Shown piece by piece: positions 19,688-29,308 of a DNA stretch of 64,000 nt (position 1 is the first letter of the stretch; the number at the start of each line of letters is the position of its first letter). The position numbers were made by a program, and so were the translations under genes. The stretch is taken from positions 1 through 64,000 of the forward strand of contig JBEIPA010000014.1 in the NCBI GenBank assembly GCA_040377305.1, read 5' to 3'. The notes under the pieces were generated by a model. The model searched no databases and was not told the DNA's origin. It was given only the letters and a program-made list of their open reading frames with translations. Origin of the DNA: Flavobacteriales bacterium (GTDB lineage: Bacteria; Bacteroidota; Bacteroidia; Palsa-965).

Positions 19688-20656
19688 ATGAACATTCGCC
19701 CACGCCGCACCCGCAAAACCTCCATCTCACGCAACATGGTTGCAGAAACACGTCTCAACAAAGACATGTTTGTGTATCCGTATTTCGTAACGCACGGAAG
19801 CAATATCAAGAATCCGATTAAGGCGATGCCGGGAATCAATCACTTCTCTGTGGATATGCTGCTCGCTGATGTGAAAATTGGATTGAAACACGGCATCAAC
19901 AAGGTTTTGATTTTCGGTGTTGGTGAAGAAAAATCGGAAGATGGTTCTTCCTCGCATTCACACAAAAGCATTGTGCCTATTGCAGTTGAAGCGCTGAAAG
20001 AAGCGTTCGGCGACAACATTTACGTGATTACCGATGTCTGCGTTTGTTCGTACACGTCACATGGTCACTGCGGGATTCTCGAAGATGGTTACGTAGACAA
20101 CGACAAGTCGGTTGATCTGCTTTGCAAGATGGCGCTTTCACATGCACAAGCAGGTGCAGATATGGTTGCACCTTCAGACATGATGGATGGGCGCGTTGGA
20201 GCAATCCGTGAAACACTCGATGACAACGGATACGTGAATACAGGAATCATGTCGTATGCCGTGAAGTTTGCTTCTGCATATTACGGTCCGTTCCGTGAAG
20301 CGGCAGATTCTTCTCCGCAATCAGGAGATCGTAAAGCGTATCAGATGGATCCGCGCAACGGTAACGAAACGATTCGCGAAGCATTGCACGATGAAGACGA
20401 AGGTGCAGACATTCTTATGGTGAAACCAGCTCTCGCGTATCTTGATATTATCCGCAGAGTAAAAGATGCAACCTTGCTCCCACTTGCGTGTTACAACGTA
20501 TCGGGAGAATACAGCATGGTGAAATGCGCAGCCGAACAAGGATTGATTGATGAGCAGAAGATTGTGATGGAAAACATGACTGCGTTTGCACGTGCAGGTT
20601 GTGATATCATCATCACGTATCATGCGAGGGATATTGTGGAGAAGGGTTGGTTGTAA
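19688..20656 (+). CDS. hemB: Porphobilinogen synthase (ALA dehydratase), Zn type
   Basis: RPRR start; DVCVCSYTSHGHCG; APSDMMDGRV; SAYYGPFREAA; MVKPAL; YNVSGEYSM. Confidence 0.97.
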   Translation: MNIRPRRTRKTSISRNMVAETRLNKDMFVYPYFVTHGSNIKNPIKAMPGINHFSVDMLLADVKIGLKHGINKVLIFGVGEEKSEDGSSSHSHKSIVPIAVEALKEAFGDNIYVITDVCVCSYTSHGHCGILEDGYVDNDKSVDLLCKMALSHAQAGADMVAPSDMMDGRVGAIRETLDDNGYVNTGIMSYAVKFASAYYGPFREAADSSPQSGDRKAYQMDPRNGNETIREALHDEDEGADILMVKPALAYLDIIRRVKDATLLPLACYNVSGEYSMVKCAAEQGLIDEQKIVMENMTAFARAGCDIIITYHARDIVEKGWL

Positions 20657-20659
20657 TTC

Positions 20660-20778
20660 GGCAATAGGGCATTGGGGCATTAGGGTGCTGGGAGAATACT
20701 GTGTCACGAACTTGTAATCATTTGCGACCTAATCCGATCAATGCCCCAATGCCCTATTGCCCTAATCCCCCAATACCC
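20660..20778. repeat. Inverted octamer-repeat arms (GGCATTNG)
   Basis: GGCAATAGGGCATTGGGGCATT (20660-20681) is the exact reverse complement of 20740-20761. Confidence 0.88.
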
Positions 20779-20804
20779 TTCTCCTCTATTTCCTATCTTG
20801 CACC

Positions 20805-21356
20805 GTGTCCGATCCCTTCCTCAATTACCCGTACCGAAGATTTTCAAGCGATATATATTCTGCGCCATTAGCGGAATTGCTCGATGAACACAATATTCCT
20901 TTTGAGGTGATCACCGAACCAGAAGGTGTTGGATCTGTTTTCCTTGGCGCGTCCACCATTCCAGGGGTAATTGTGATGGTGAATCAAAGTGATGTACAAC
21001 GCATCGTGGAACTGGAGAAACAATTCACGCCTCAAAAACACGCTGAACCCAAAGTTCCGGACGCAGAAGAATCGGTGGAAGGATATTGGTTCGCGATTGG
21101 GTACATACTTGCACTCGCAACTTCTCCAATAGCGATTATCATCGGTTTGCATTTGTTCACAGCAAAACGGCGCACACGCAACTTCGGTTCCATTTTCGCT
21201 TACGACGAACGGGCGCGTCATCACGGAAGAATGATTTTCTGGTTTGCCCTGTTCATTTTCATCTTCAGCATTGGACGAGTAATCCTCAATGGAAAAGGCG
21301 GAATGCTTGATACGGTTTCGTTCATGGCGTGGGCAATTGGAGAAACGTTGCATTGA
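20805..21356 (+). CDS. Hypothetical membrane protein (DUF2007-like N-terminus, 2 TM)
   Basis: LAELLDEHNIPF; GYILALATSPIAIIIG; YDERARHHG. Confidence 0.6.
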   Translation: MSDPFLNYPYRRFSSDIYSAPLAELLDEHNIPFEVITEPEGVGSVFLGASTIPGVIVMVNQSDVQRIVELEKQFTPQKHAEPKVPDAEESVEGYWFAIGYILALATSPIAIIIGLHLFTAKRRTRNFGSIFAYDERARHHGRMIFWFALFIFIFSIGRVILNGKGGMLDTVSFMAWAIGETLH

Positions 21357-21417
21357 TTTCTCTGCATTCGCGTTCGTTAACACAATATTCTCCTGCTTCA
21401 ACCGACCTTTACACTGT

Positions 21418-22398
21418 ATGGAGCAACTTGCGTTTAATATCAATCTCGATTTCATCAAGGAAGGGTACCAGGGAAATGTTCTGGAAAAAGGTCGCTTTGT
21501 AAATGAAGACAAAGACTTCGGAGCAGGATTCAGCAAAGTACTGCAGTGGATGTTCTCGAAAAATCCGCACAGAGCTCAAAAGAAGAAAAGTACATTCCGT
21601 TTAGAAGTTGCTCCCGACAAATCCATTTTTGAAAACGGTCCGGATGCATTCACATGGTTAGGTCATGCTGCATTTCTGTTTCGCATCAACAACAAACTCA
21701 TTCTGACAGATCCTTGTTTGTATGATCTTCCCGGAATTAAAAGACAGTTTGCTTCTCCGTTCCGAACTTCAGAGCTGAGAGAACTAGACTACATTCTTCT
21801 CTCGCATTCACACCGCGATCATTTTGATTCCCGGAGCATGCGTGAGCTTGTCAAAATAAATCCGAATGTGAAGATCTATTGTCCATTGAAAATGGAACCG
21901 CTTGTGAAACGCATTGGGGGGAAAAGAATTACTGAAGCAGGTTGGTATCAGGAATTTCCAGCTGATGAAAGCGGAATCCGGTTCGCGTTTCTTCCCTCGA
22001 AACATTGGAATCGTCGTTATGCGCACGACACGAATCGCGAATTGTGGGGTGCGTTCTGGATCGGAACAAATACAAAATCGATTTATTTCGCTGGTGATAC
22101 GGCTTATCATTCTCATTTCACAGATGCGAAAGAAATTCTTCCGCCCTTGAAACACGCGTTCATGCCGATTGGTGCTTACAAGCCAAACTTCATGATGAAG
22201 AGTTCGCACACTTCCCCGGATGAAGCCATACGCGCATTCAGAGATTTAGGTGCAGAGAAATTTATTCCGATGCACTACGGAACGTATGATCTTTCTGATG
22301 AACCGCTGGAAGAACCTATGCAGATTGTGAAAGCGCAACTGGAGACGGATAAGCAAATGGCAGAACAAATTATTCCGGGAGCCGTTTACCCGCTTTAA
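21418..22398 (+). CDS. MBL-fold metallo-hydrolase (NAPE-PLD/RomA-like)
   Basis: TWLGHAAF, LTDP, LLSHSHRDHFD, YFAGDTAY, MPIGAYKP, IPMHYGTY. Confidence 0.9.
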   Translation: MEQLAFNINLDFIKEGYQGNVLEKGRFVNEDKDFGAGFSKVLQWMFSKNPHRAQKKKSTFRLEVAPDKSIFENGPDAFTWLGHAAFLFRINNKLILTDPCLYDLPGIKRQFASPFRTSELRELDYILLSHSHRDHFDSRSMRELVKINPNVKIYCPLKMEPLVKRIGGKRITEAGWYQEFPADESGIRFAFLPSKHWNRRYAHDTNRELWGAFWIGTNTKSIYFAGDTAYHSHFTDAKEILPPLKHAFMPIGAYKPNFMMKSSHTSPDEAIRAFRDLGAEKFIPMHYGTYDLSDEPLEEPMQIVKAQLETDKQMAEQIIPGAVYPL

Positions 22399-23663
22399 AA
22401 ACGAATTCCGACTACGAGCACATCATCCGTCTGTTCGTTTTTCCCCTTCCACTCTGCGTGTACCGCTTCAAGTTTTTGTTTTTGTGCTGCTACTGGTGCC
22501 TGGTGAATTTCAGTTACCAGGTTCCGAAATCGTTTGATCATGTACTTCTTGTTCTCTTCTCCTCCGAACTGATCAACGTATCCATCGGTGAACAGATATA
22601 GCATGTCGTTCTTCTCGTACTTCACAGCTATTTCTTCGAAACGTTTTTCGCCCGAACGAATTCCGCCCAATGTAAATTTGCTTCCCTTCAGTTCACGGAT
22701 TTTCCCATTACGTATCAACATGGCGGGACGTTTTGCACTGGTTAAAACAAATTCACCAGTTGCTTTATTCACTTTAATCAGTGACAAATCCATTCCGTCC
22801 TGAATCACGCCTTGCTGATCGGCGTGTTGCTTCAACATCGTTACGATTCCTTTATCCAGCTCTTCGAGAATAATCGATGGTTGTGTTATTCTCTTTTCTG
22901 TCACGATCTGGCTGAGCAAACTACTTCCGATCACAGTCATGAACGCTCCGGGTACACCATGTCCTGTACAATCTGCACAAACAAAAATGTAATTGTCTTT
23001 GTCTATTTCATGATGCCAGTAGAAATCTCCGCTTACAATATCACGTGGCAAGTAGCTGATGAACGAATCGTGCATTCCCGCACTTATCACTTCTTCATTG
23101 GGAAGAACGGCAAACTGAATTTTCTTCGCGTAGTTGATGCTATCTGTGATTTCCTGTTTACTGTCTTCCACCCGCTGTCGCTGGAGAAGCAAGAGTGAGT
23201 GGCTACGACTGAACAGCAACGTAAACGTACATAGAATCAACACAATGGTCAGACTGTAAACCGGATCAGCACCCATCCAGTAAAATAAAAGGCCCGCACC
23301 AACAGAGCAGATGGCAATGCCAATCTGTCCCCACTTCGCTTTGTTGAACATATACGAAGAGCCTACCGTAACGTTGATCAGACTCAACCACGTTGGTGAT
23401 CCTGGTCCGGACACCCACGCATAGAGGAAGAAGAGCGCTCCGTTGAGGGTGAGAATCCATGGTCCGGGTTGGACACCTCTCTTTCCGCAGATGTAAAGAC
23501 AGCTGCTCGCGATGACCGGAAAGAGTATCGCGATGATTAATGTATACAACCAATGTTCCGACAGCGTAACCTGAAGAATGTTGAAAGGAAGATCAATAAG
23601 CGGGAATACCCGGAATATATAATTCCACTCTTCTTTAAGCTTATCAAAAAAAGGTACTGCCAT
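22395..23663 (-). CDS. Multi-TM SpoIIE/PP2C-type phosphatase
   Basis: N-terminal TM bundle; PRDIVSGDFYW, DCTGHGVPGA, DGMDL, TDGYVDQFGG, QTDDVLVVG. Confidence 0.88.
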   Translation of the reverse strand: MAVPFFDKLKEEWNYIFRVFPLIDLPFNILQVTLSEHWLYTLIIAILFPVIASSCLYICGKRGVQPGPWILTLNGALFFLYAWVSGPGSPTWLSLINVTVGSSYMFNKAKWGQIGIAICSVGAGLLFYWMGADPVYSLTIVLILCTFTLLFSRSHSLLLLQRQRVEDSKQEITDSINYAKKIQFAVLPNEEVISAGMHDSFISYLPRDIVSGDFYWHHEIDKDNYIFVCADCTGHGVPGAFMTVIGSSLLSQIVTEKRITQPSIILEELDKGIVTMLKQHADQQGVIQDGMDLSLIKVNKATGEFVLTSAKRPAMLIRNGKIRELKGSKFTLGGIRSGEKRFEEIAVKYEKNDMLYLFTDGYVDQFGGEENKKYMIKRFRNLVTEIHQAPVAAQKQKLEAVHAEWKGKNEQTDDVLVVGIRF

Positions 23664-23744
23664 AGGGGTTTGCTAAACTACTAAATATGGGTAGATCCGA
23701 AAGGGAGTTTCATAGCTTTACTTCATACTTAATCACCCAAACCC

Positions 23745-24227
23745 ATGACCAAACAAGAAATTCTTGACATTCTCGACAAAAACGCTGCGGGAGAACGTAG
23801 CTCAATGAAACTCGCAATTGGCGGAGGAATCGTCATGCTGCTGGGATCCATTGCCATGTTTATTTTTATGGAAGACCGTATGTGGGCCTACATACTTGGC
23901 GGTGCCGGCGTGTTTGTAATCTTTGGTGGAATTCGCGCCATGAAAACAAATATGTACGAAAAGCAAGCACAGAAAATCAAAGATGTATTTTATACAAATC
24001 CCTCTGATCTCGTGTGGAGCTATGAATTAGTAATGAAAGGAAACGTCTCCAATCTGAAACAAGTTATCATGAAGTTCAGAGATGGAACTCAATTTGAAAT
24101 TGCACAGGATGCAATCCCTAGTAACGATTGCTCTGATCTTGTGCGCGGATTGACTGCAATCAATCCAAAGATGATCGTTGGATACAACGAAGAAACAGAG
24201 AAGCTTTACAACGCGAAACAACTTTAG
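23745..24227 (+). CDS. Hypothetical membrane protein (2 TM)
   Basis: 160-aa ORF with two hydrophobic helices, followed by a terminator. Confidence 0.65.
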   Translation: MTKQEILDILDKNAAGERSSMKLAIGGGIVMLLGSIAMFIFMEDRMWAYILGGAGVFVIFGGIRAMKTNMYEKQAQKIKDVFYTNPSDLVWSYELVMKGNVSNLKQVIMKFRDGTQFEIAQDAIPSNDCSDLVRGLTAINPKMIVGYNEETEKLYNAKQL

Positions 24228-24249
24228 GTTTTAACAGACTTTAATATCT

Positions 24250-24280
24250 AACGACGCTCAATTACGAGCGTCGTTTTTTT
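24250..24280 (+). terminator. Rho-independent terminator
   Basis: AACGACGCTC-AATTAC-GAGCGTCGTT followed by a T-tract. Confidence 0.85.
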
Positions 24281-24378
24281 GTGGACGGTGTTCTGCTACT
24301 TCTGGTCGGTCAACTGGTTCATCTCATCCGATCAAACGCACCAAACTCCGATTTTTCATTGGTAAAATGAGCGCTTTA

Positions 24379-24430
24379 CCGCTTAACCGGACTCATTCAC
24401 GACTCAACAACTTTTCGTCGCCGTTCATCG
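24379..24430 (+). promoter_or_regulatory. Putative LytTR-type direct-repeat operator
   Basis: CCGCTTAACC (24379), CGACTCAACA (24400), CCGTTCATCG (24421) at 21-bp period, upstream of the -7-like box CATCTTTG. Confidence 0.4.
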
Positions 24431-24482
24431 AAGCTCGTCGGGTCCAGCCCCATGTTGGTCGCATCTTTGCACCATCAAATCC

Positions 24483-24935
24483 ATGAATAATAATTCAACT
24501 CTTATTTACCTGCCGGGCGTGCAGATTGAACGACCATCAGCTTGTGTGCTGGTGATCCGTTACGATGATGAACTGGTTGTCACTTTAGAAATGGCAAAAC
24601 AGATCACATCTGAAGTTGCGCGGTTTTTTGGTAGTACGGAATTAGGTGTAGTGCATTCTGCTGGTTCTCTTACGACCATTGACCCGGATGTGCGCGATTA
24701 CCTCACCAGCAATTCTCGTTACGCGCACAAAATCGCAGAAGCGTTTGTAGTGAAGAATCTCGGACAACGGATTCTCGCCAATTTTTATCTCCGCATTTCG
24801 CGACCAGGTTGTCCAACAGAAGTATTTACGACAGAAGAAGAAGCAGTGAAGTGGGTGAAAATGTATTGTCGTAATAATGACGCAGAGAAGAAGTGCAGTT
24901 CGAATATTGAGGAGTCGGTTTCTCTGTCTGCTTAA
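24483..24935 (+). CDS. Hypothetical protein, STAS/SEC14-like (DUF7793-like)
   Basis: VRDYL...AEAFVVKNLGQRILANFYLRI..P..PTEVF..EEEAVKW pattern of a common Bacteroidota family. Confidence 0.65.
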   Translation: MNNNSTLIYLPGVQIERPSACVLVIRYDDELVVTLEMAKQITSEVARFFGSTELGVVHSAGSLTTIDPDVRDYLTSNSRYAHKIAEAFVVKNLGQRILANFYLRISRPGCPTEVFTTEEEAVKWVKMYCRNNDAEKKCSSNIEESVSLSA

Positions 24936-25051
24936 ACAATTCGCCGCTCTGAACAGCAAGGCATATAGGTTTGGATGAGTGAAAGAAACCTTTCTGTTCG
25001 AGTGGCGAATTCTTGAGAAATTCCCTCTGGAATAGCGTACTTTTGCGTGTT

Positions 25052-26275
25052 ATGTCCTTTGATCCGCGAAACATTTCCATTCAATCCTATACTTACAACT
25101 TACCAGATCAGCGTATTGCACAACATCCGTTGAGTAAACGCGATGCTTCCAGGTTGTTGGTTTATCGGGATGGAACGATCACCGACGAAAAATTTGCTGC
25201 GCTTGCCGATCATCTGAACACGGGTTCGCTCATTGTATTCAATACCACCAGAGTTGTACGCGCACGTTTGCTCATGCGACGATCAAGCGGAGCACGCATC
25301 GAAATTTTCTGTACCGACGCCACTGATGCTTCCCGGGATTTTGTACGCACCCTGGGTGAAAAGTCGAAGGTAAATGTGGTTGCATTCATCGGCAATTCCA
25401 AAAAGTGGAATGTGGCTGAACTTCTCACTGCAGAATTCGAAGGCTGCACTTTATCTGCAAAGAAACTTTCTCAGAACGCCGATCAATGGAATATTGAACT
25501 GTCGTGGACGCCTTCCAATTTAACTTTTGCGGAAGTGCTCGACCTCGCAGGTAAAATTCCACTGCCTCCGTATATGCATCGCGAAGAAGAAAGCGATGAT
25601 GCTGAACGATACCAAACCATTTTTGCAACACAGCAAGGTTCGGTTGCAGCACCAACTGCCGGTCTGCATTTCACAAATAGAGTAGTTGACGCTCTTCTTC
25701 TGAAAGGAATTAAGTCGTGTGCCGTGACTTTACATGTAGGCGCAGGAACTTTCAAGCCTGTGAAGAGCGAAACAATGGCTGGTCATGACATGCACCGGGA
25801 ACAAGTGATTGTTGCGCTTGAAGTGATTGACGAACTGCTTGCACATCACGGCAAAGGCATAACAGCCGTTGGAACAACCGCATTGCGCACACTCGAAAGC
25901 ATTTATTGGTTCGGACGACAACTTGTTTTAGAGCCCGGGCAATTTCGAAGCTCTTTGTTCGTTGGGCAATGGGAACCGTATGAAAATGGTCCCGATGTAC
26001 CAACCTTGGTTGCTCTCAACGCCGTAAAAGACTGGATGCGCGAATACAATCACAGCGAATTGTCGGGATTCACACAATTGCTCATTGCGCCGGGATACAA
26101 ATTCCGCGTAGTTGATGCTCTTGTGACCAATTTCCACCAGCCACAGAGCACGTTGTTGTTACTGGTAGCTGCATTTACAGGAGAAGATTTCCGTAAGATC
26201 TACGATCATGCGCTGGCGAACGAATACCGTTTTCTTAGTTACGGAGACAGTAGTTTACTCTTTAGAAATAGCTAA
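25052..26275 (+). CDS. queA: S-adenosylmethionine:tRNA ribosyltransferase-isomerase
   Basis: YNLPDQRIAQHP, RDASRLL, IPLPPY, GSVAAPTAGLHF, TLHVGAGTF, TNFHQPQSTLL, YRFLSYGDSSL. Confidence 0.96.
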   Translation: MSFDPRNISIQSYTYNLPDQRIAQHPLSKRDASRLLVYRDGTITDEKFAALADHLNTGSLIVFNTTRVVRARLLMRRSSGARIEIFCTDATDASRDFVRTLGEKSKVNVVAFIGNSKKWNVAELLTAEFEGCTLSAKKLSQNADQWNIELSWTPSNLTFAEVLDLAGKIPLPPYMHREEESDDAERYQTIFATQQGSVAAPTAGLHFTNRVVDALLLKGIKSCAVTLHVGAGTFKPVKSETMAGHDMHREQVIVALEVIDELLAHHGKGITAVGTTALRTLESIYWFGRQLVLEPGQFRSSLFVGQWEPYENGPDVPTLVALNAVKDWMREYNHSELSGFTQLLIAPGYKFRVVDALVTNFHQPQSTLLLLVAAFTGEDFRKIYDHALANEYRFLSYGDSSLLFRNS

Positions 26276-26284
26276 TTTGGCGCA

Positions 26285-28330
26285 ATGAATTTCGGGAAGA
26301 AACTCGCGTACTATTCGGTGGGAATTGTAACAGTAATCGGATTGATTGTTGTTGCGATAAATCCGTTTGCGAAAAGCTTCACTACGGAGAGCTTTCATCC
26401 TTTTGAAAACTACCGGAATTCGGACAGCGCAATGATTGTCGATCTCACCGGCGCTATCAACACGGGAATTGTGATTCCAAGTGTGAAACAATTGCCTGGC
26501 GGAAAGTTTGTGTTTACGTTTAAAGTCCAAAACAACAAACTCGGATCGCGGAATCTCTCTTACAAAATTTACTACCAGAACGAAACGTACAAGGAAGTTG
26601 AATTTCAGGATGCGAATGGATTTCGTTACGAACGCCCCGAAGCAGCGAACAATTTCTACGGCAGCTGGGAAAATACCGATGTAGAGTTCAAAGAAATTCC
26701 TGAAATCGGCTGGTACGAAACTATTACGGTAACAGATTCATTTCGGATTGTTGGTAATCCGCGCAATGAGGCGAAGTATTTCGGACAGGACAATCGTCAC
26801 GGAGTGAGTGCTGCAGACATTGCGGGAATGATTGGTGCAATCAAACAGGATCCGCAGTGGGTGAGCGACATTGAACTCAAAGCGAAGAATAACAACATCA
26901 GCATGGACGAACAGTATTATCGTGATGCGTTGTACAGCCTGAATGATATGCAGCAACACGGAGACGTGAACAATCGCTGGAAGAGAAATCCGCGCATGGG
27001 AAGCTATCGGTTCATGCTGGTCGTTACCGCAACATCCGGTGTTGAGGCTATTCCCGTTTCAGTTCGGAATATTGCGAAAACAGAACCAACTGGCGGAGTA
27101 ATCAATCCGTTTTACTACTTCCTGTATGGGCCCGGTGCGCATGATGAAAACATTGAAGTGAATGTTGCCGGTGAAGAATTGAAAGTGGCTGCAAAATTCA
27201 ATCCCGGTTCCGGAGTGTACGTAAATCCGTTTGAGTTCAGCGACAATTCAGTGGACACGATCAACTACTGCAAAACGTGCGGCACAGACAGCACCTTGTT
27301 TATGGATGCGGAGTTTGCCCAATTCTTCCACTCCATCGATAAGAATGTGGTGATGCCCATGGTTCCTGTAACCGGTGACGTTGTTGCCGATCAGATGACA
27401 CAAAAAGAGTACGAAGAACTTTCGAAACGTTTTACGGAGTCGCAACGCATCAACGATCGTTTCTGGATTTCTAATCGCCCCTGCGAAACTGTGAAGTCGG
27501 ATCCGGTAAAGAAAGAAATTACGATTTTCAATCCTGGAAATGATTCCACTCCATACAAGAAAGAACATGTTGGAGTGAAAACGCGTATTGGAATGACGTA
27601 TGGAAAATACCGGGTGTGCGTTCAGTTTCCGGAAATGATCAGCGAAGAAAATGTCTGGAACGGATTGGTGAATGCCGTGTGGCTGTTGTATCAGGACAAT
27701 GCGGCATGGAATTCACGCAGTGCGTGCCTGGGAGGATTTATTCCGAAAGATGATATGCGCGGACAGTTTGCCGATCGTAAGAATATTCAGAATTACTCGG
27801 AGATTGACTTTGAGATTGTGAAGTCATCGCGCAACTGGCCGAAGGAATCGTATGCTGCTGTTCCGCAACCGGAAGAATATGACGCTGCAGCTAGTCGCGA
27901 TATTATCGTAGCCTGTACGAACTGGGATCTTGCCTGTATGCAGCCGGAGAAGCATGTGAAAGGTGTGATGCCGCTGATGATTGACAACCGCCGCTTCGAT
28001 CTGCATCGTTGGGATAGCTGGTATCAGGCAATCACCATTCGCACACCCGTTCCGCACGATGACATTTACAAACGTAATTCTTACTGGTTCGAAATCGAGT
28101 GGACTCCGGAACATATCATTTGGAGAATCGGGCCTGAGAAAAATCAACTCTCCATGGTTGGTTACATGGATAAAACTGTAACGACAATTCCCGATAACCA
28201 AATGATTGTTGTGGTCACACAAGAGTTCCACGACTCTGAGTGGTGGAAACCTGCTCCGTTCAATCAACGCAACATTCCATATCCGAAAAATCCAATGGTC
28301 GGACGGGTGCTTGCTGTCGAGGTAGAATAG
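26285..28330 (+). CDS. Membrane-anchored protein with C-terminal GH16-like (ConA fold) domain
   Basis: N-terminal TM; TYGKYRV, NAVWLL, SEIDFEI (ExDxE) and FEIEWTPEHIIWRI in GH16 order. Confidence 0.6.
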   Translation: MNFGKKLAYYSVGIVTVIGLIVVAINPFAKSFTTESFHPFENYRNSDSAMIVDLTGAINTGIVIPSVKQLPGGKFVFTFKVQNNKLGSRNLSYKIYYQNETYKEVEFQDANGFRYERPEAANNFYGSWENTDVEFKEIPEIGWYETITVTDSFRIVGNPRNEAKYFGQDNRHGVSAADIAGMIGAIKQDPQWVSDIELKAKNNNISMDEQYYRDALYSLNDMQQHGDVNNRWKRNPRMGSYRFMLVVTATSGVEAIPVSVRNIAKTEPTGGVINPFYYFLYGPGAHDENIEVNVAGEELKVAAKFNPGSGVYVNPFEFSDNSVDTINYCKTCGTDSTLFMDAEFAQFFHSIDKNVVMPMVPVTGDVVADQMTQKEYEELSKRFTESQRINDRFWISNRPCETVKSDPVKKEITIFNPGNDSTPYKKEHVGVKTRIGMTYGKYRVCVQFPEMISEENVWNGLVNAVWLLYQDNAAWNSRSACLGGFIPKDDMRGQFADRKNIQNYSEIDFEIVKSSRNWPKESYAAVPQPEEYDAAASRDIIVACTNWDLACMQPEKHVKGVMPLMIDNRRFDLHRWDSWYQAITIRTPVPHDDIYKRNSYWFEIEWTPEHIIWRIGPEKNQLSMVGYMDKTVTTIPDNQMIVVVTQEFHDSEWWKPAPFNQRNIPYPKNPMVGRVLAVEVE

Positions 28331-28492
28331 TTCTCGGTTCTAAAAAATGGGTTTCCAGATCACCTGTTTCCACATGAAAGCGTCGTGGTTTTAACATTTC
28401 GGTTGGCGATTTGTTATTGATCGTTAACCAACGTTAAACTTCGAGTATAGAACATAGAACAGTTCTATCTTTTCCCCGGCAAACAAATTTTC

Positions 28493-29308
28493 ATGTTTCA
28501 CAGGAAGAAGATCAAAGAACATTTCATGATCACCATTCCCGAACCTTGTTCCCAAGACTGGAATAAGATGTCGGTGGTTGATCGCGAGCATAGACATTGC
28601 AGCTCCTGCGAGAAACTTGTCGTTGATTTTACATCCATGAGTACTGATGAAATTGTACTCTTTCTTCATCATAACAAGGAGAAAACCTGTGGTCGGTTTA
28701 CAGCGACGCAATTAGGTGCTGCGTATAATCCGTTGCCACAAGGTAAACGCACTTCTAGCTGGTGGAAAGCGGCAGTACTATTGCCTCTCTCGTTCTTTTC
28801 GAAAAATGTGGACGCACAACAAAATGATTCTCTTCCAATAATAGATTCGTTAGTAGTTCGGAATGACTCAATGAGCATCCAAAACGACACGGCTCTAGTA
28901 TCACAAGACTCAGTAGTTTCTCCGGATGAACTTCTATCGGATTCTGCAATTGCTCACGTTGATTCCATTACAACAGGTGATAGCATCGTAGAAATTCACG
29001 CGCCTCGCCAAAAGTCTCAAAGTATCGAATTGGTTAGCACTGGTTCCATGGTATATGGTGGATTTACTCCTATTACTCCAATATATAATGGTGGCATGAC
29101 AATTATTCCGGCGTTACCAATGATTGACGTCGTTGGATCTCAAGTCAAATCCAGACGAGTTCAGGGAGAAAGTGTTAGTGAAACTAAACCCTCACTGGTC
29201 GGTGATCCGAAAGACAGAACACCTGATCCAATTCCCCCAACAATTCCGGAAACTCCCTGGTACGAAGCCATTCTTCCATCTTCATTAAGAACGCGTCGAA
29301 ATGGTTAG
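28493..29308 (+). CDS. Hypothetical protein with N-terminal Cys motif domain (IPEPC..W..M..HCxxC..VVDF..CGRF)
   Basis: Motif typical of Bacteroidota N-terminal extensions, then a signal-like segment and low-complexity tail. Confidence 0.7.
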   Translation: MFHRKKIKEHFMITIPEPCSQDWNKMSVVDREHRHCSSCEKLVVDFTSMSTDEIVLFLHHNKEKTCGRFTATQLGAAYNPLPQGKRTSSWWKAAVLLPLSFFSKNVDAQQNDSLPIIDSLVVRNDSMSIQNDTALVSQDSVVSPDELLSDSAIAHVDSITTGDSIVEIHAPRQKSQSIELVSTGSMVYGGFTPITPIYNGGMTIIPALPMIDVVGSQVKSRRVQGESVSETKPSLVGDPKDRTPDPIPPTIPETPWYEAILPSSLRTRRNG

